Positions 19,721 to 27,551 of a DNA stretch of 64,000 nt are shown here, piece after piece. The stretch is from Gemmatimonadales bacterium (GTDB taxonomy: Bacteria > Gemmatimonadota > Gemmatimonadetes > Gemmatimonadales > GWC2-71-9), in contig DATBJC010000118.1 in assembly GCA_036556625.1 (NCBI GenBank), positions 14,877 to 78,876 on the forward strand, given 5' to 3'. The notes under the pieces were generated by a model. That model was not told where the DNA came from. It ran no database searches and was given only the letters and a program-made list of their open reading frames with translations. The stretch's first letter is position 1, and each line of letters opens with the position of its first letter. Position numbers and translations under genes: made by a program.

Positions 19721-22503
19721 TGACCAGGCCCTGGTTTCCCCTCGGCGTCGCGATCGGTCTCGCTGGCGCGATCGCCGTCGCGCCCCGGCTGGCGGCGCAG
19801 GCCGAGGGCGCCATCGCGGGGCAAGCGCGAGAGGCGGATTCACGGGCCGGTCTTCCGGCCGTGCAGGTGCTGGTGGACAATCGGATCGGTGCGGTCACCG
19901 ACACGGCCGGCCGGTACCGGGTGCGCGCGGTTCGCACCGGCTGGCACCGGATCGCCGCGCGACTCATCGGCTACCGGGGCGTGGTGCTCGACAGCGTCTT
20001 CGTGCCCGCCGGAGCGACGGTCACCCTGAACTTCGATCTGGCGGCCAATCCTCAGGAGCTGGAGCCTCTGGTGGTCACCGCTCCCTACGACGCGGTGCTC
20101 GACCCGCTGGCGACGAGCACAGAGCAGAAGATCAGCGCCGAGGACCTGCGCGATCTTCCGATCAGCTCGCTGGACGAGGCCCTGGCCCTCTCCGCCGGCA
20201 GCGTCGGCACCAGCTACCGCGGCGGACGGATCGGGCAGGAATCCTTCATCCTCGATGGCCTCGGCGTGAAGAACCAGCTGGACGCCTCGAGCAACGGGCT
20301 GGGCCTCCAGATCCCGCCCGACCTCCTGAGCGAAGCCTCGCTGGTGACCAACGGGTTCTCCGCCCGGTTCGGTCAGGCCTTGTCGGGGCTGGTGAACGTG
20401 GTGACCCGGGAGCCGGGCGAGAGCTGGGAAGGTCGTGTCGCGTACGAGGGTGACCGGCCCTTCGGGGGCGGACTGGATCGGGGACTCGACCGGCTCATGC
20501 TCCGCGCCGGCGGGCCGCTCTCGGGCCGATTCGGACTGGTCGGCGCGGTGGATGTCTCGGGGCGGATGGACGCCGATCCGGTCGGTGCGCCTGCGCCAAC
20601 CGATCCGCGCGATCCCCGGTCTGCCACGCCGTATCCCCTGCCGCACAACAGCGGCGAGCTGTGGACCGGGGCGGCCAAGGCGGTCCTGCCGGTGACCGAC
20701 CGCGTCACGGTCCGGACCCTGGGCATGCACTCGGAAGATCAGCGCCTGCTCTACGATCCCGCCTACAAGTACGACCCGGAGTTCGCACCGGCGCAGCGGC
20801 TCCGGGGAGATCTGTTCAGTGGACACGTGCAGTACACCAGCGACCCGCGGGCCGGGTTGCCGCTGGTGCTCGACTTGCGGGTGGGGCGCTACGTCCGCGA
20901 GTTCCTGCGGGGTGAGCTGGTGGAGCAGCCCGACTACGCCGTAGGTGCGCTCACCGGATCGCGCTTCCACTTCATCGGCGAAGACCTGGCGCGGGCCCAG
21001 ACGACGTCCGGCGAGCCGATTCCCGGACTCCATGAGCCGGATGCCAGTGTGCGGGCCCCCTGGGGCGTCCCCGGGTTCTTCATGGGGAGCGCCTCCCGCG
21101 GTGAGCTGGCCTGGAACCGGTTCGGCGAGACCCGGTTCCAGCTCGACGGCACCATCGGCGCCATGCCCGGAATCGATCTCTATGCCGGCGGCGAATACGT
21201 CGCGCAGCAGGTGCGGACCTTCCAGCGCGTGCTGGGCTACCTCTCGGTGGGAGACACGGTGCCGGAGGCGGCCCGGTCCGCCTTTTCTCCCAGGAGCGCC
21301 GCGGCGTATGGCGAGGCTCAGCTCCGGATCGAGGACATCGCGGTGACCGCCGGTCTCAGGTACGATCGGTTCGACGCCGGGAGCAGCCTGCCGGGAGAAT
21401 CGCGCGGGGCGCAGAACTCGGTGAGCCCACGGTTCGCCGTCAGCACCGTAGTGAGTGGCGCCACCCTGGTGGCGAGCTACGGGCGGTTCAGCCAGGCACC
21501 CGATTACCAGTTTCTGGTGGACGCGGCCTTCGACGACACCACCCGCACGGGGCGGTTTCGCCGGGGCAACCCCAATCTCGGGTTCGAGAAGGCCACCCAG
21601 TACGAGTTCAGCGCTCGAGTGCGGCCCAAGGAGGAGCTCTCCCTCCGGCTCGGGGTGTATTTCAAGCGGCTCACCGGCCTGGTGGCCTCGGTGCCCATCG
21701 GTGTAGACCCGGATTCCACGGTGTTCGGCAATGCGGACGCGGGCACCGTGAAAGGTGCCGAGCTGCTGTTCGAGCGGGAGCTGCGAGGAGGATTCGGCTT
21801 CCGCCTCGCCTACACGCTTCAGGAGGCCGAGGCCACCGCCACCGACCCCTTCCTGCTGAACCGGCTGATCGTGGTGGACCCGATGACCGGCGACACCACC
21901 CGACCGACCCGGGCCGAGTTCCCGCTCGACTTCGACCAGCGGCATACGCTCACCGCCATCGCGCGCGGGCAGGTTCCGGAGCAGGCGGGGCCGGCCATCG
22001 CCGGGGTGCGGCCGCTGGCCGGGCTGGAAGGCGCCGTGATCCTTCGCCTCGCTTCCGGCCTGCCTTTCTCCAGGAGCGACAGCACCGGTGATTCGCTGAT
22101 CGGCCTCCCCAACGGCTCCCGCCTGCCGAGCGCATCCTCGCTCGATCTGCTGATCCGTCGCTCGCTCAAGCTGGCCGGTACCACCGGCGGCATCTATCTC
22201 GACGTCCGCAATGTCCTGAACCGGCGCAACGTCGTCGCGGTGCGCCGCGATACCGGGCAGCCTCAGGCCGATGCCGCCGCGATCACCCGGATGGCCGAGC
22301 AGGCCTACCAGGACAATCCGGATCCGATTCCCTTCGAGTCGGCTCGCTATCGGACGGAGGCGGATCTCAATGGCGACGGATTCGTCGCCGGGCGGGAGGA
22401 GCTGTTTCCGATGTACGTGGCGGCGGCCACGGACTATGCGCAGCCGATCTTCGCCTACGGACCGCCGCGCCTGGTGCGGTTAGGAGTGGAGCTGATGTTT
22501 TAG
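19720..22503 (+). CDS. TonB-dependent-receptor-like outer-membrane protein with N-terminal carboxypeptidase-regulatory-like domain
   Basis: Track ORF 19717..22503. ATG 19720 overlaps the upstream TGA by 1 nt. Signal peptide ...AVAPRLAAQA. CarbopepD_reg-like segment (IAGQAREADSRAGLPAVQVLVDN..TDTAGRYRVRAVRTGWHRI). Plug-like segment (ISAEDLRDLPISSLDEALALSAGSV...FILDGLGVKN). Beta-barrel C-terminus RLGVELMF. Confidence 0.8.
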   Translation: MTRPWFPLGVAIGLAGAIAVAPRLAAQAEGAIAGQAREADSRAGLPAVQVLVDNRIGAVTDTAGRYRVRAVRTGWHRIAARLIGYRGVVLDSVFVPAGATVTLNFDLAANPQELEPLVVTAPYDAVLDPLATSTEQKISAEDLRDLPISSLDEALALSAGSVGTSYRGGRIGQESFILDGLGVKNQLDASSNGLGLQIPPDLLSEASLVTNGFSARFGQALSGLVNVVTREPGESWEGRVAYEGDRPFGGGLDRGLDRLMLRAGGPLSGRFGLVGAVDVSGRMDADPVGAPAPTDPRDPRSATPYPLPHNSGELWTGAAKAVLPVTDRVTVRTLGMHSEDQRLLYDPAYKYDPEFAPAQRLRGDLFSGHVQYTSDPRAGLPLVLDLRVGRYVREFLRGELVEQPDYAVGALTGSRFHFIGEDLARAQTTSGEPIPGLHEPDASVRAPWGVPGFFMGSASRGELAWNRFGETRFQLDGTIGAMPGIDLYAGGEYVAQQVRTFQRVLGYLSVGDTVPEAARSAFSPRSAAAYGEAQLRIEDIAVTAGLRYDRFDAGSSLPGESRGAQNSVSPRFAVSTVVSGATLVASYGRFSQAPDYQFLVDAAFDDTTRTGRFRRGNPNLGFEKATQYEFSARVRPKEELSLRLGVYFKRLTGLVASVPIGVDPDSTVFGNADAGTVKGAELLFERELRGGFGFRLAYTLQEAEATATDPFLLNRLIVVDPMTGDTTRPTRAEFPLDFDQRHTLTAIARGQVPEQAGPAIAGVRPLAGLEGAVILRLASGLPFSRSDSTGDSLIGLPNGSRLPSASSLDLLIRRSLKLAGTTGGIYLDVRNVLNRRNVVAVRRDTGQPQADAAAITRMAEQAYQDNPDPIPFESARYRTEADLNGDGFVAGREELFPMYVAAATDYAQPIFAYGPPRLVRLGVELMF

Positions 22504-23396
22504 ACCAGGTCTTCCTCCAGCAGCGCCTTGTGGATGGCCATTCCCGCCTCGGTGCCTTCCGCCGCGGCCACCACGACGAACTGCGCTTCCTTCGAGGCAT
22601 CGCCGGCCACGTAGAGGCCCGACACGTTGGTGGCCTCGCACTTTCCGGTGTCCACGGTGCCCTTTTCGCTGAAGCGGCAGCCGAGCCGCTCGGGAAGCGG
22701 ACTCCGCTGCCGCTGCCCGCAGGCCAGGAACAGCGCGCTGCGGGACACCGCGGGGCCCTCCGCGAACACGATCCGCTGGAGCATGCCATCCGTCCCCTCG
22801 AGCCGGACGATCGGCTCCTCCCGCACGACGATTCCCGAAACCCGCAGCCGCTCGGCCATGCGGGCGCCGACCGGCGAGCCGTGGGTGCACAGGAGCACAT
22901 CCTCCGACCAGACGGTGAGGCTCAGGGCCAGTCCGGCGCCCTCGTCGTCACAGCCAGAGACGGCGAGTGGCCGATCGCGCCACTCCCACGCATCGCAAAA
23001 AGGGCAGTGATGGACGCTGGTGCCGTAGAGCGCCCCGAGTCCCTCGATGTCGGGCAGGATGTCCTGGACGCCGGTGGCGAAGAGCAGCTTTCTCGCCTCG
23101 TATCGCGAGCCGTCGGCGGCCAGCACCTGAAAGCGTTTCCCGTCGCGGCAGGCATCCACCACCTCGAGCTCGACGCACTCGATGGTGCCGTAGCGGCCCA
23201 GCTCGGCGCGGGCGAGGCGGAGGTATTCGCCCGGGGAGATCCCGTCCCGGGTGAGGTACCCGTGAATCTTCCGGGCGCGCCGGTTCCGGTATTCGCCCCG
23301 ATCACAGAGTAAAACGCGGCGGCGGCACCGGCCGAGCATGAGCGCCGCGCTCAGCCCGGCGGGGCCCCCGCCGACGATGATGCAGTCGTAGGTCAC
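22500..23396 (-). CDS. Thioredoxin-reductase-like NAD(P)/FAD-dependent oxidoreductase
   Basis: 298 aa. YDCIIVGGGPAGLSAAL dinucleotide fold, CPFCD redox-type motif, GLYVAGDAS near the C-terminus. The GTG start overlaps the upstream stop (GTGA, 23393-23396). Confidence 0.8.
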   Translation of the reverse strand: MTYDCIIVGGGPAGLSAALMLGRCRRRVLLCDRGEYRNRRARKIHGYLTRDGISPGEYLRLARAELGRYGTIECVELEVVDACRDGKRFQVLAADGSRYEARKLLFATGVQDILPDIEGLGALYGTSVHHCPFCDAWEWRDRPLAVSGCDDEGAGLALSLTVWSEDVLLCTHGSPVGARMAERLRVSGIVVREEPIVRLEGTDGMLQRIVFAEGPAVSRSALFLACGQRQRSPLPERLGCRFSEKGTVDTGKCEATNVSGLYVAGDASKEAQFVVVAAAEGTEAGMAIHKALLEEDLV

Positions 23397-24136
23397 ACGG
23401 CTTCGCCGGCCTCAACGACCTGCTTGAGCCGGCGGAGGTCCTCCGCGATCTGGCGGGACGGCTCCTCGCCCAGCAGCCCCGCGATCGCAGCCCCGAGTCG
23501 GCCGGCCGGCGGATGGTAGCGCATCACCACCCGCACTTCCGTATCGCCGTTCTCGGTGGGGATGAAGTACACCGAGCCCGCGTTGGCGACCTCGGAGCCC
23601 GGGAGCGAGCGCCAGGCGATGACCTGGTTGGGGACTTCGTTGTGGATCTCAGCGTCCCACTCCACCCGGGTGCCGGCCGGCCCTTTGGCGATCCAGTGCG
23701 AGCGCGACTCGTCCAGCACGGTGACCGACTCGAGGTGATCCATGAAGCGAGGCAGGTTCTCGAAGTTGCGCCAGAACCGATACACCTCGTGCCGGGGCCG
23801 GTTGAGGACGATCCGTTCGTCCACCCGGATGTCCTCACCGGTGCCCAGCCTGGCGACCGAGCCGACCGGTTCGTCGCCCAGTGCCGAGTTGCGTCCCAGC
23901 ATCTCGTTCACCGGGCAGCGTCCACTCAGCGCCCGACCGATGAGGGCGCCCGCGATCGGGAGAAGAACCTTCCGGCGCCGCCCGCCGCGAAGCCCATACA
24001 CGGTCACTGCGGCGGCCGCGAGCGCGGAGATCCAACGTTCGTTTCGTCCCACGTTGACGTCGGATCGCGCGGGCTCGTGCCGCCTGAGGTTCTCCCACTC
24101 TTCGGTACTGCCGATCCCATCGTAGGTCGCCGTCAT
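23393..24136 (-). CDS. SRPBCC (cyclase/dehydrase-fold) protein with N-terminal YgaP/DUF2892-like membrane segment
   Basis: Track ORF 23393..24142. ATG 24136 is preceded by AGGAAG. N-terminal part ...LLPIAGALIGRALSGRCPVNEMLG. SRPBCC core NRPRHEVYRFWRNFENLPRFMDHLESV...WIAKGPAGTRVEWDAEI. Confidence 0.75.
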   Translation of the reverse strand: MTATYDGIGSTEEWENLRRHEPARSDVNVGRNERWISALAAAAVTVYGLRGGRRRKVLLPIAGALIGRALSGRCPVNEMLGRNSALGDEPVGSVARLGTGEDIRVDERIVLNRPRHEVYRFWRNFENLPRFMDHLESVTVLDESRSHWIAKGPAGTRVEWDAEIHNEVPNQVIAWRSLPGSEVANAGSVYFIPTENGDTEVRVVMRYHPPAGRLGAAIAGLLGEEPSRQIAEDLRRLKQVVEAGEAV

Positions 24137-24166
24137 CCTCACTTCCTCTCTGCCCTGCCGGGCCGT

Positions 24167-25195
24167 TCAGGCATTCACGCGCTCTTCCGGGGCAACCTGA
24201 TTGAACTGCCGCGCCGCCTGGTCGCCCGGCCTGGTGAGCCAGGACGGAGAGAAGGCGGACTGACTCTCCTTGCCCCGGCGTCGTCCGGTCGCCCGGGGGG
24301 GCGCTCCGGGCATCAGCCGGTCGGCCAGCGCGAGCGCGGAGGCGGTCAGGTTCGGCGCCACCGCCGAGGCGACCACGGCCGCCTTGGCCACGGTGGGAAA
24401 GAGTACTTGCGCATCTCCCCGCCGTGCGGCGGAGAGAATCCGGCGCGAGGCCGAGTTGGCGCTCACCGACAGCCCCGGTAGGGAATCGGCGATGCTGAAC
24501 CAGGCATACTCCGCCCGATGCTTGCCCCGGACGATGGCGTTGCGGGGGCTGCCGGTCCGCATGAGGCCGGGGATGGCCGTGGTCACCGTCACGCCGTCAG
24601 CAGCCACTTCGGCCCGCAGCCCCTGGGAGAAGCCCAACGCCGCGAACTTGCTGGCGCTGTACGGCAACAGATGGGGCACGCCGAGCCTGCCGCCGATGGA
24701 GGTGATGTTGATGATCCGTCCGCTGCCGCGCTCCCGCATGGAGGCCAGCACCTCGAGCGTGGGATAGACCGTACCCCAGAAGTTGACGCTCATCGCCTCC
24801 TCGTAGTCGGCGATCGTCATCGTCTCCGCGGGGCCGACCTCGATGACGCCGGCGTTGTTGACCAGTACATCGATCGGTCCCACCCTGCCGCTCACGCTCT
24901 GAATGAGGTTGCGCACCGACTCCCGGTCGGCGACATCGGCCTGCTCCGCCACCACCGTGGCCCCGATGCGGCGGAGCGCAGCCTCCGCGCGCCGCAGCGC
25001 ACCCTGGTCACGCCCGCAGATCGCCACCCGCGCACCCGCCGCCGCCAGGTCGCGGGCCAGCACCAGCCCCAGCCCGCGGGATCCACCGGTGATGAGCGCG
25101 GTTTTCCCATCGAAGGAGAACGAATCCCCGGAGCGGAGCCGCCGCATCGCTGCCCAGCCCGCCAGGACTGCGAGGACTCCCAGCCGCCGGTTCAC
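24167..25195 (-). CDS. SDR-family oxidoreductase with N-terminal hydrophobic anchor
   Basis: 342 aa. TGGSRGLG (TGxxxGxG), NNAG, YSASK (YxxxK). The GTG start overlaps the upstream stop (GTGA, 25192-25195). Confidence 0.85.
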   Translation of the reverse strand: MNRRLGVLAVLAGWAAMRRLRSGDSFSFDGKTALITGGSRGLGLVLARDLAAAGARVAICGRDQGALRRAEAALRRIGATVVAEQADVADRESVRNLIQSVSGRVGPIDVLVNNAGVIEVGPAETMTIADYEEAMSVNFWGTVYPTLEVLASMRERGSGRIINITSIGGRLGVPHLLPYSASKFAALGFSQGLRAEVAADGVTVTTAIPGLMRTGSPRNAIVRGKHRAEYAWFSIADSLPGLSVSANSASRRILSAARRGDAQVLFPTVAKAAVVASAVAPNLTASALALADRLMPGAPPRATGRRRGKESQSAFSPSWLTRPGDQAARQFNQVAPEERVNA

Positions 25196-25440
25196 TTGGT
25201 CCGACGCGGCTGCTTCTTGTCCCGCGACCGCGCCTCCTTCCGTACCTTCTTCACGTGCTGGAGGTCGTCCACCAGGGCGCCGGTGCCGTCGCGATCCTCC
25301 AGATCGGCCTTGGTCCGCTCGTGGTCGCGCCTCGGGTCGTCGAACGCCAGCTCGCCGCCGGCCTGGTCCTGCTCCAGGGCGAAGCGGCGCCGCTCCTCCT
25401 CGCTCATCCTCGCGAACTTACTCCCCAGATTTTCTCCCAT
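25192..25440 (-). CDS. Small highly charged hypothetical protein (start uncertain: ATG 25440 or 25407)
   Basis: Track ORF 25192..25461. MGENLGSKFARMSEEERRRFALEQDQAGGELAFDDPRRDHERTKADLEDRDG...KKVRKEARSRDKKQPRRTK. AGGAG sits 10 nt upstream of ATG 25440. Embedded between overlapping neighbours in the same operon. Confidence 0.5.
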   Translation of the reverse strand: MGENLGSKFARMSEEERRRFALEQDQAGGELAFDDPRRDHERTKADLEDRDGTGALVDDLQHVKKVRKEARSRDKKQPRRTK

Positions 25441-26284
25441 AGGAATCACTCTCCTGCACACCCTCGAGCAAAGCCTTGAGCCGCCCGAGATCTTCGTTCA
25501 ATTTCGCTCGCGGGTCGGCTCCCAGCAGCTCCGCGACCGCCTGGCCCGCGCCGCCCGCGGGCGGAAAATAGCAGAACCGGAGATCCACCCGGGTGCCCTC
25601 GCCTTCGGGGCGGAACCGGACCACGCCTGCGTTCTCCAGCATCGAGCCGGGTCGGCTCCGCCAGGCCAGCGATTCGCCGGGAATCTGCTCGGTCAGCATC
25701 GAGAACCATTCGATGGGAACGCCGCCCGGTCCACTCACCACCCAATGCGATCGGCCTCCGCCCATGTCCCGTACTTCGCGTACGTTCGACATGAACAGCG
25801 GGAAGTTTTCGTAGTCGGTCCAGAACTGGTACACCCGGTCTACCGGCGCGGCGATGAACAGGGTCTTCTGGATGTCGACGGTGCGTCGCCGCTCGCGCCC
25901 GGTGTGTACGGCGTCCCTGGGCTCGCGGAACTCGCTCCAGACCATGCCGGCGCCGATCGTCTGGGCGGCAGCCCCGATGACCCCCTTTCGGGCCAGACCG
26001 TAGAGCGCCAGGGCACCGCCGAGGAGGGCCAGCAGCCGATCCTTGGACTCGCTGCTCGCCCGCCGGGCCAGGGTGGCGCCTTCGAGGCCCACGATATCGC
26101 CCTGCCGCGAGCCGTAGTGGCCGACCGGAAGGGTCAAGGCCGGCTCCTCGCCCTGGTCTTCGCCCCACCGGTCCCGGATACGCTGCCGCAACCGGCTGCG
26201 CCGGCGCTCGCCCGACTCGGGATCCAGCAGAAAGATCAGGCCCGCACCGATGGCCATCCCGACCAACAGTCCGCCCTTTCGCAT
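25418..26284 (-). CDS. SRPBCC (cyclase/dehydrase-fold) protein with N-terminal YtxH-like helix
   Basis: Track ORF 25418..26341. ATG 26284 (MRKGGLLVGMAIGAGLIFLLDPESGERRRSRL) is preceded by GAGGAG. Core IAAPVDRVYQFWTDYENFPLFMSNVREV...HWVVSGPGGVPIEWFSML is paralogous to 23393-24136. Confidence 0.75.
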   Translation of the reverse strand: MRKGGLLVGMAIGAGLIFLLDPESGERRRSRLRQRIRDRWGEDQGEEPALTLPVGHYGSRQGDIVGLEGATLARRASSESKDRLLALLGGALALYGLARKGVIGAAAQTIGAGMVWSEFREPRDAVHTGRERRRTVDIQKTLFIAAPVDRVYQFWTDYENFPLFMSNVREVRDMGGGRSHWVVSGPGGVPIEWFSMLTEQIPGESLAWRSRPGSMLENAGVVRFRPEGEGTRVDLRFCYFPPAGGAGQAVAELLGADPRAKLNEDLGRLKALLEGVQESDSYGRKSGE

Positions 26285-26470
26285 ATTCGACTCCTCGGGA
26301 ATGGGGGGGATGCGCCTGCCGCGCGGATGGACTGCCAGCAAACCTGACGATTTGCCGCCTCACTTCCGTGAGCCCGCTCACACGCGAAACCCGGCAACCG
26401 GTGAATGATTGGCAAGCGCCGGCCCAATGCTAGCTTTGTGCAGGCGCCACCTTCAACCGAGCGGCCGAGC

Positions 26471-26971
26471 ATGACTGCCCCGCGCGACGATTCCCCGACG
26501 CGACGCCTGACACTCACGACGCCGGCGTTTCGCGACGGCGAGCCGATTCCGAAGCGACATGCCTGTGACGGCGAGGACGAATCACCGCCGCTCGCCTGGA
26601 CCGGCGTGCCGGTGGAAACCCGCTCGTTCGCTCTCATCTGCGACGATCCCGACGCACCGCGCGGCACCTGGGTGCACTGGCTGCTGTGGAACCTGCCCCC
26701 GGACGTGGTGGAGGTGAAACAGGGCATGCCGCCAAGCCCGGAGCTGCCGTCCGGCGCTCGGCAAGGGTTGAACGACGCGGGCGACCTGGGCTACGGGGGA
26801 CCGTGCCCTCCCCCGGGCAAGCCGCACCGCTACTTTTTCCGGTTGTTCGCGCTCGACTCGGCCCTCAGTCTGGCTCCGGGGGTCGACCGCTCCGACCTGG
26901 AGGCCGCGATGAAGGGCCATGTGCTCGCTGAGGGCACCGTCATGGGAACCTACGAGCGGCGAACGCGGTGA
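26471..26971 (+). CDS. YbhB/YbcL-family PEBP (Raf-kinase-inhibitor-like) protein
   Basis: Track ORF 26405..26971. SPPLAWTGVP..FALICDDPDAP.GTWVHWLLWNLP...GYGGPCPPPGKPHRYFFRLFALD. Start is ATG 26471 or upstream 26405. Confidence 0.85.
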   Translation: MTAPRDDSPTRRLTLTTPAFRDGEPIPKRHACDGEDESPPLAWTGVPVETRSFALICDDPDAPRGTWVHWLLWNLPPDVVEVKQGMPPSPELPSGARQGLNDAGDLGYGGPCPPPGKPHRYFFRLFALDSALSLAPGVDRSDLEAAMKGHVLAEGTVMGTYERRTR

Positions 26972-27002
26972 GGGGGACCAGTTGAACCCCGGGACCCATC
27001 CC

Positions 27003-27548
27003 ATGCTCAGCGCTCCCGCCGCGGCACTGTGCGCGGCCATCACCATCGCGGCGTGCGGCGGCCAGGCGCGCGGCCCGGGCGGTACGGCGCTGCCGGACCC
27101 GACCGCCGAGGCGAGTCTCTTCGATAGTGCGGGTACGCGGGTAGGAGTGGCGACCTTCACGGAGTCGGAGGGATCGGCCCGTCTGGGCATCAGCGTCTCA
27201 GGCCTGACTCCGGGCCAGCACGGCATGCACATCCACGAGAACGGCGCCTGCAGGCTGCCGGGCTTCGAGTCGGCCGGCGGGCATTTCAATCCTGGATCCA
27301 GGCATCACGGCCTGCTCAATCCGGAAGGCCCTCACGCCGGCGATCTGCCCAACCTGGCGGCGAAGGCCGATGGCAGCGCCGACACGACCTTCACCGTCTC
27401 CGCCAGCCTGCTGGCCCAGGGGTCGGGCTCGATGATCGGGGTCCGGAAGCGGGCGTTCGTGATTCATGCCGATCCCGACGACCAGCGCAACGATCCCAGC
27501 GGCAATTCCGGCCGTCGCGTCGTCTGCGGGGTGATCGAGCGCCGCTGA
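27003..27548 (+). CDS. sodC: Superoxide dismutase [Cu-Zn], lipoprotein-type signal
   Basis: Track ORF 26919..27548. Start ATG 27003 gives MLSAPAAALCAAITIAACGG (lipobox). Metal-site motifs HGMHIHENGAC, GGHFNP, HAGDLPNL, FVIHADPDD, RVVCGVI. Confidence 0.9.
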   Translation: MLSAPAAALCAAITIAACGGQARGPGGTALPDPTAEASLFDSAGTRVGVATFTESEGSARLGISVSGLTPGQHGMHIHENGACRLPGFESAGGHFNPGSRHHGLLNPEGPHAGDLPNLAAKADGSADTTFTVSASLLAQGSGSMIGVRKRAFVIHADPDDQRNDPSGNSGRRVVCGVIERR

Positions 27549-27551
27549 GCT

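Noticed and set aside
19840-21945. 701-aa minus-strand ORF antisense to the TonB-dependent-receptor-like gene; likewise 55875..57608 antisense to the MFS gene, 40894..42681 antisense to the kinase, and 8713..10194, 1219..2763 and 14775..16319 within permease genes
   Set aside because: All overlap genes with clear family motifs on the other strand or frame. All have the Arg/Gly/Pro/His-rich composition typical of high-GC shadow ORFs.
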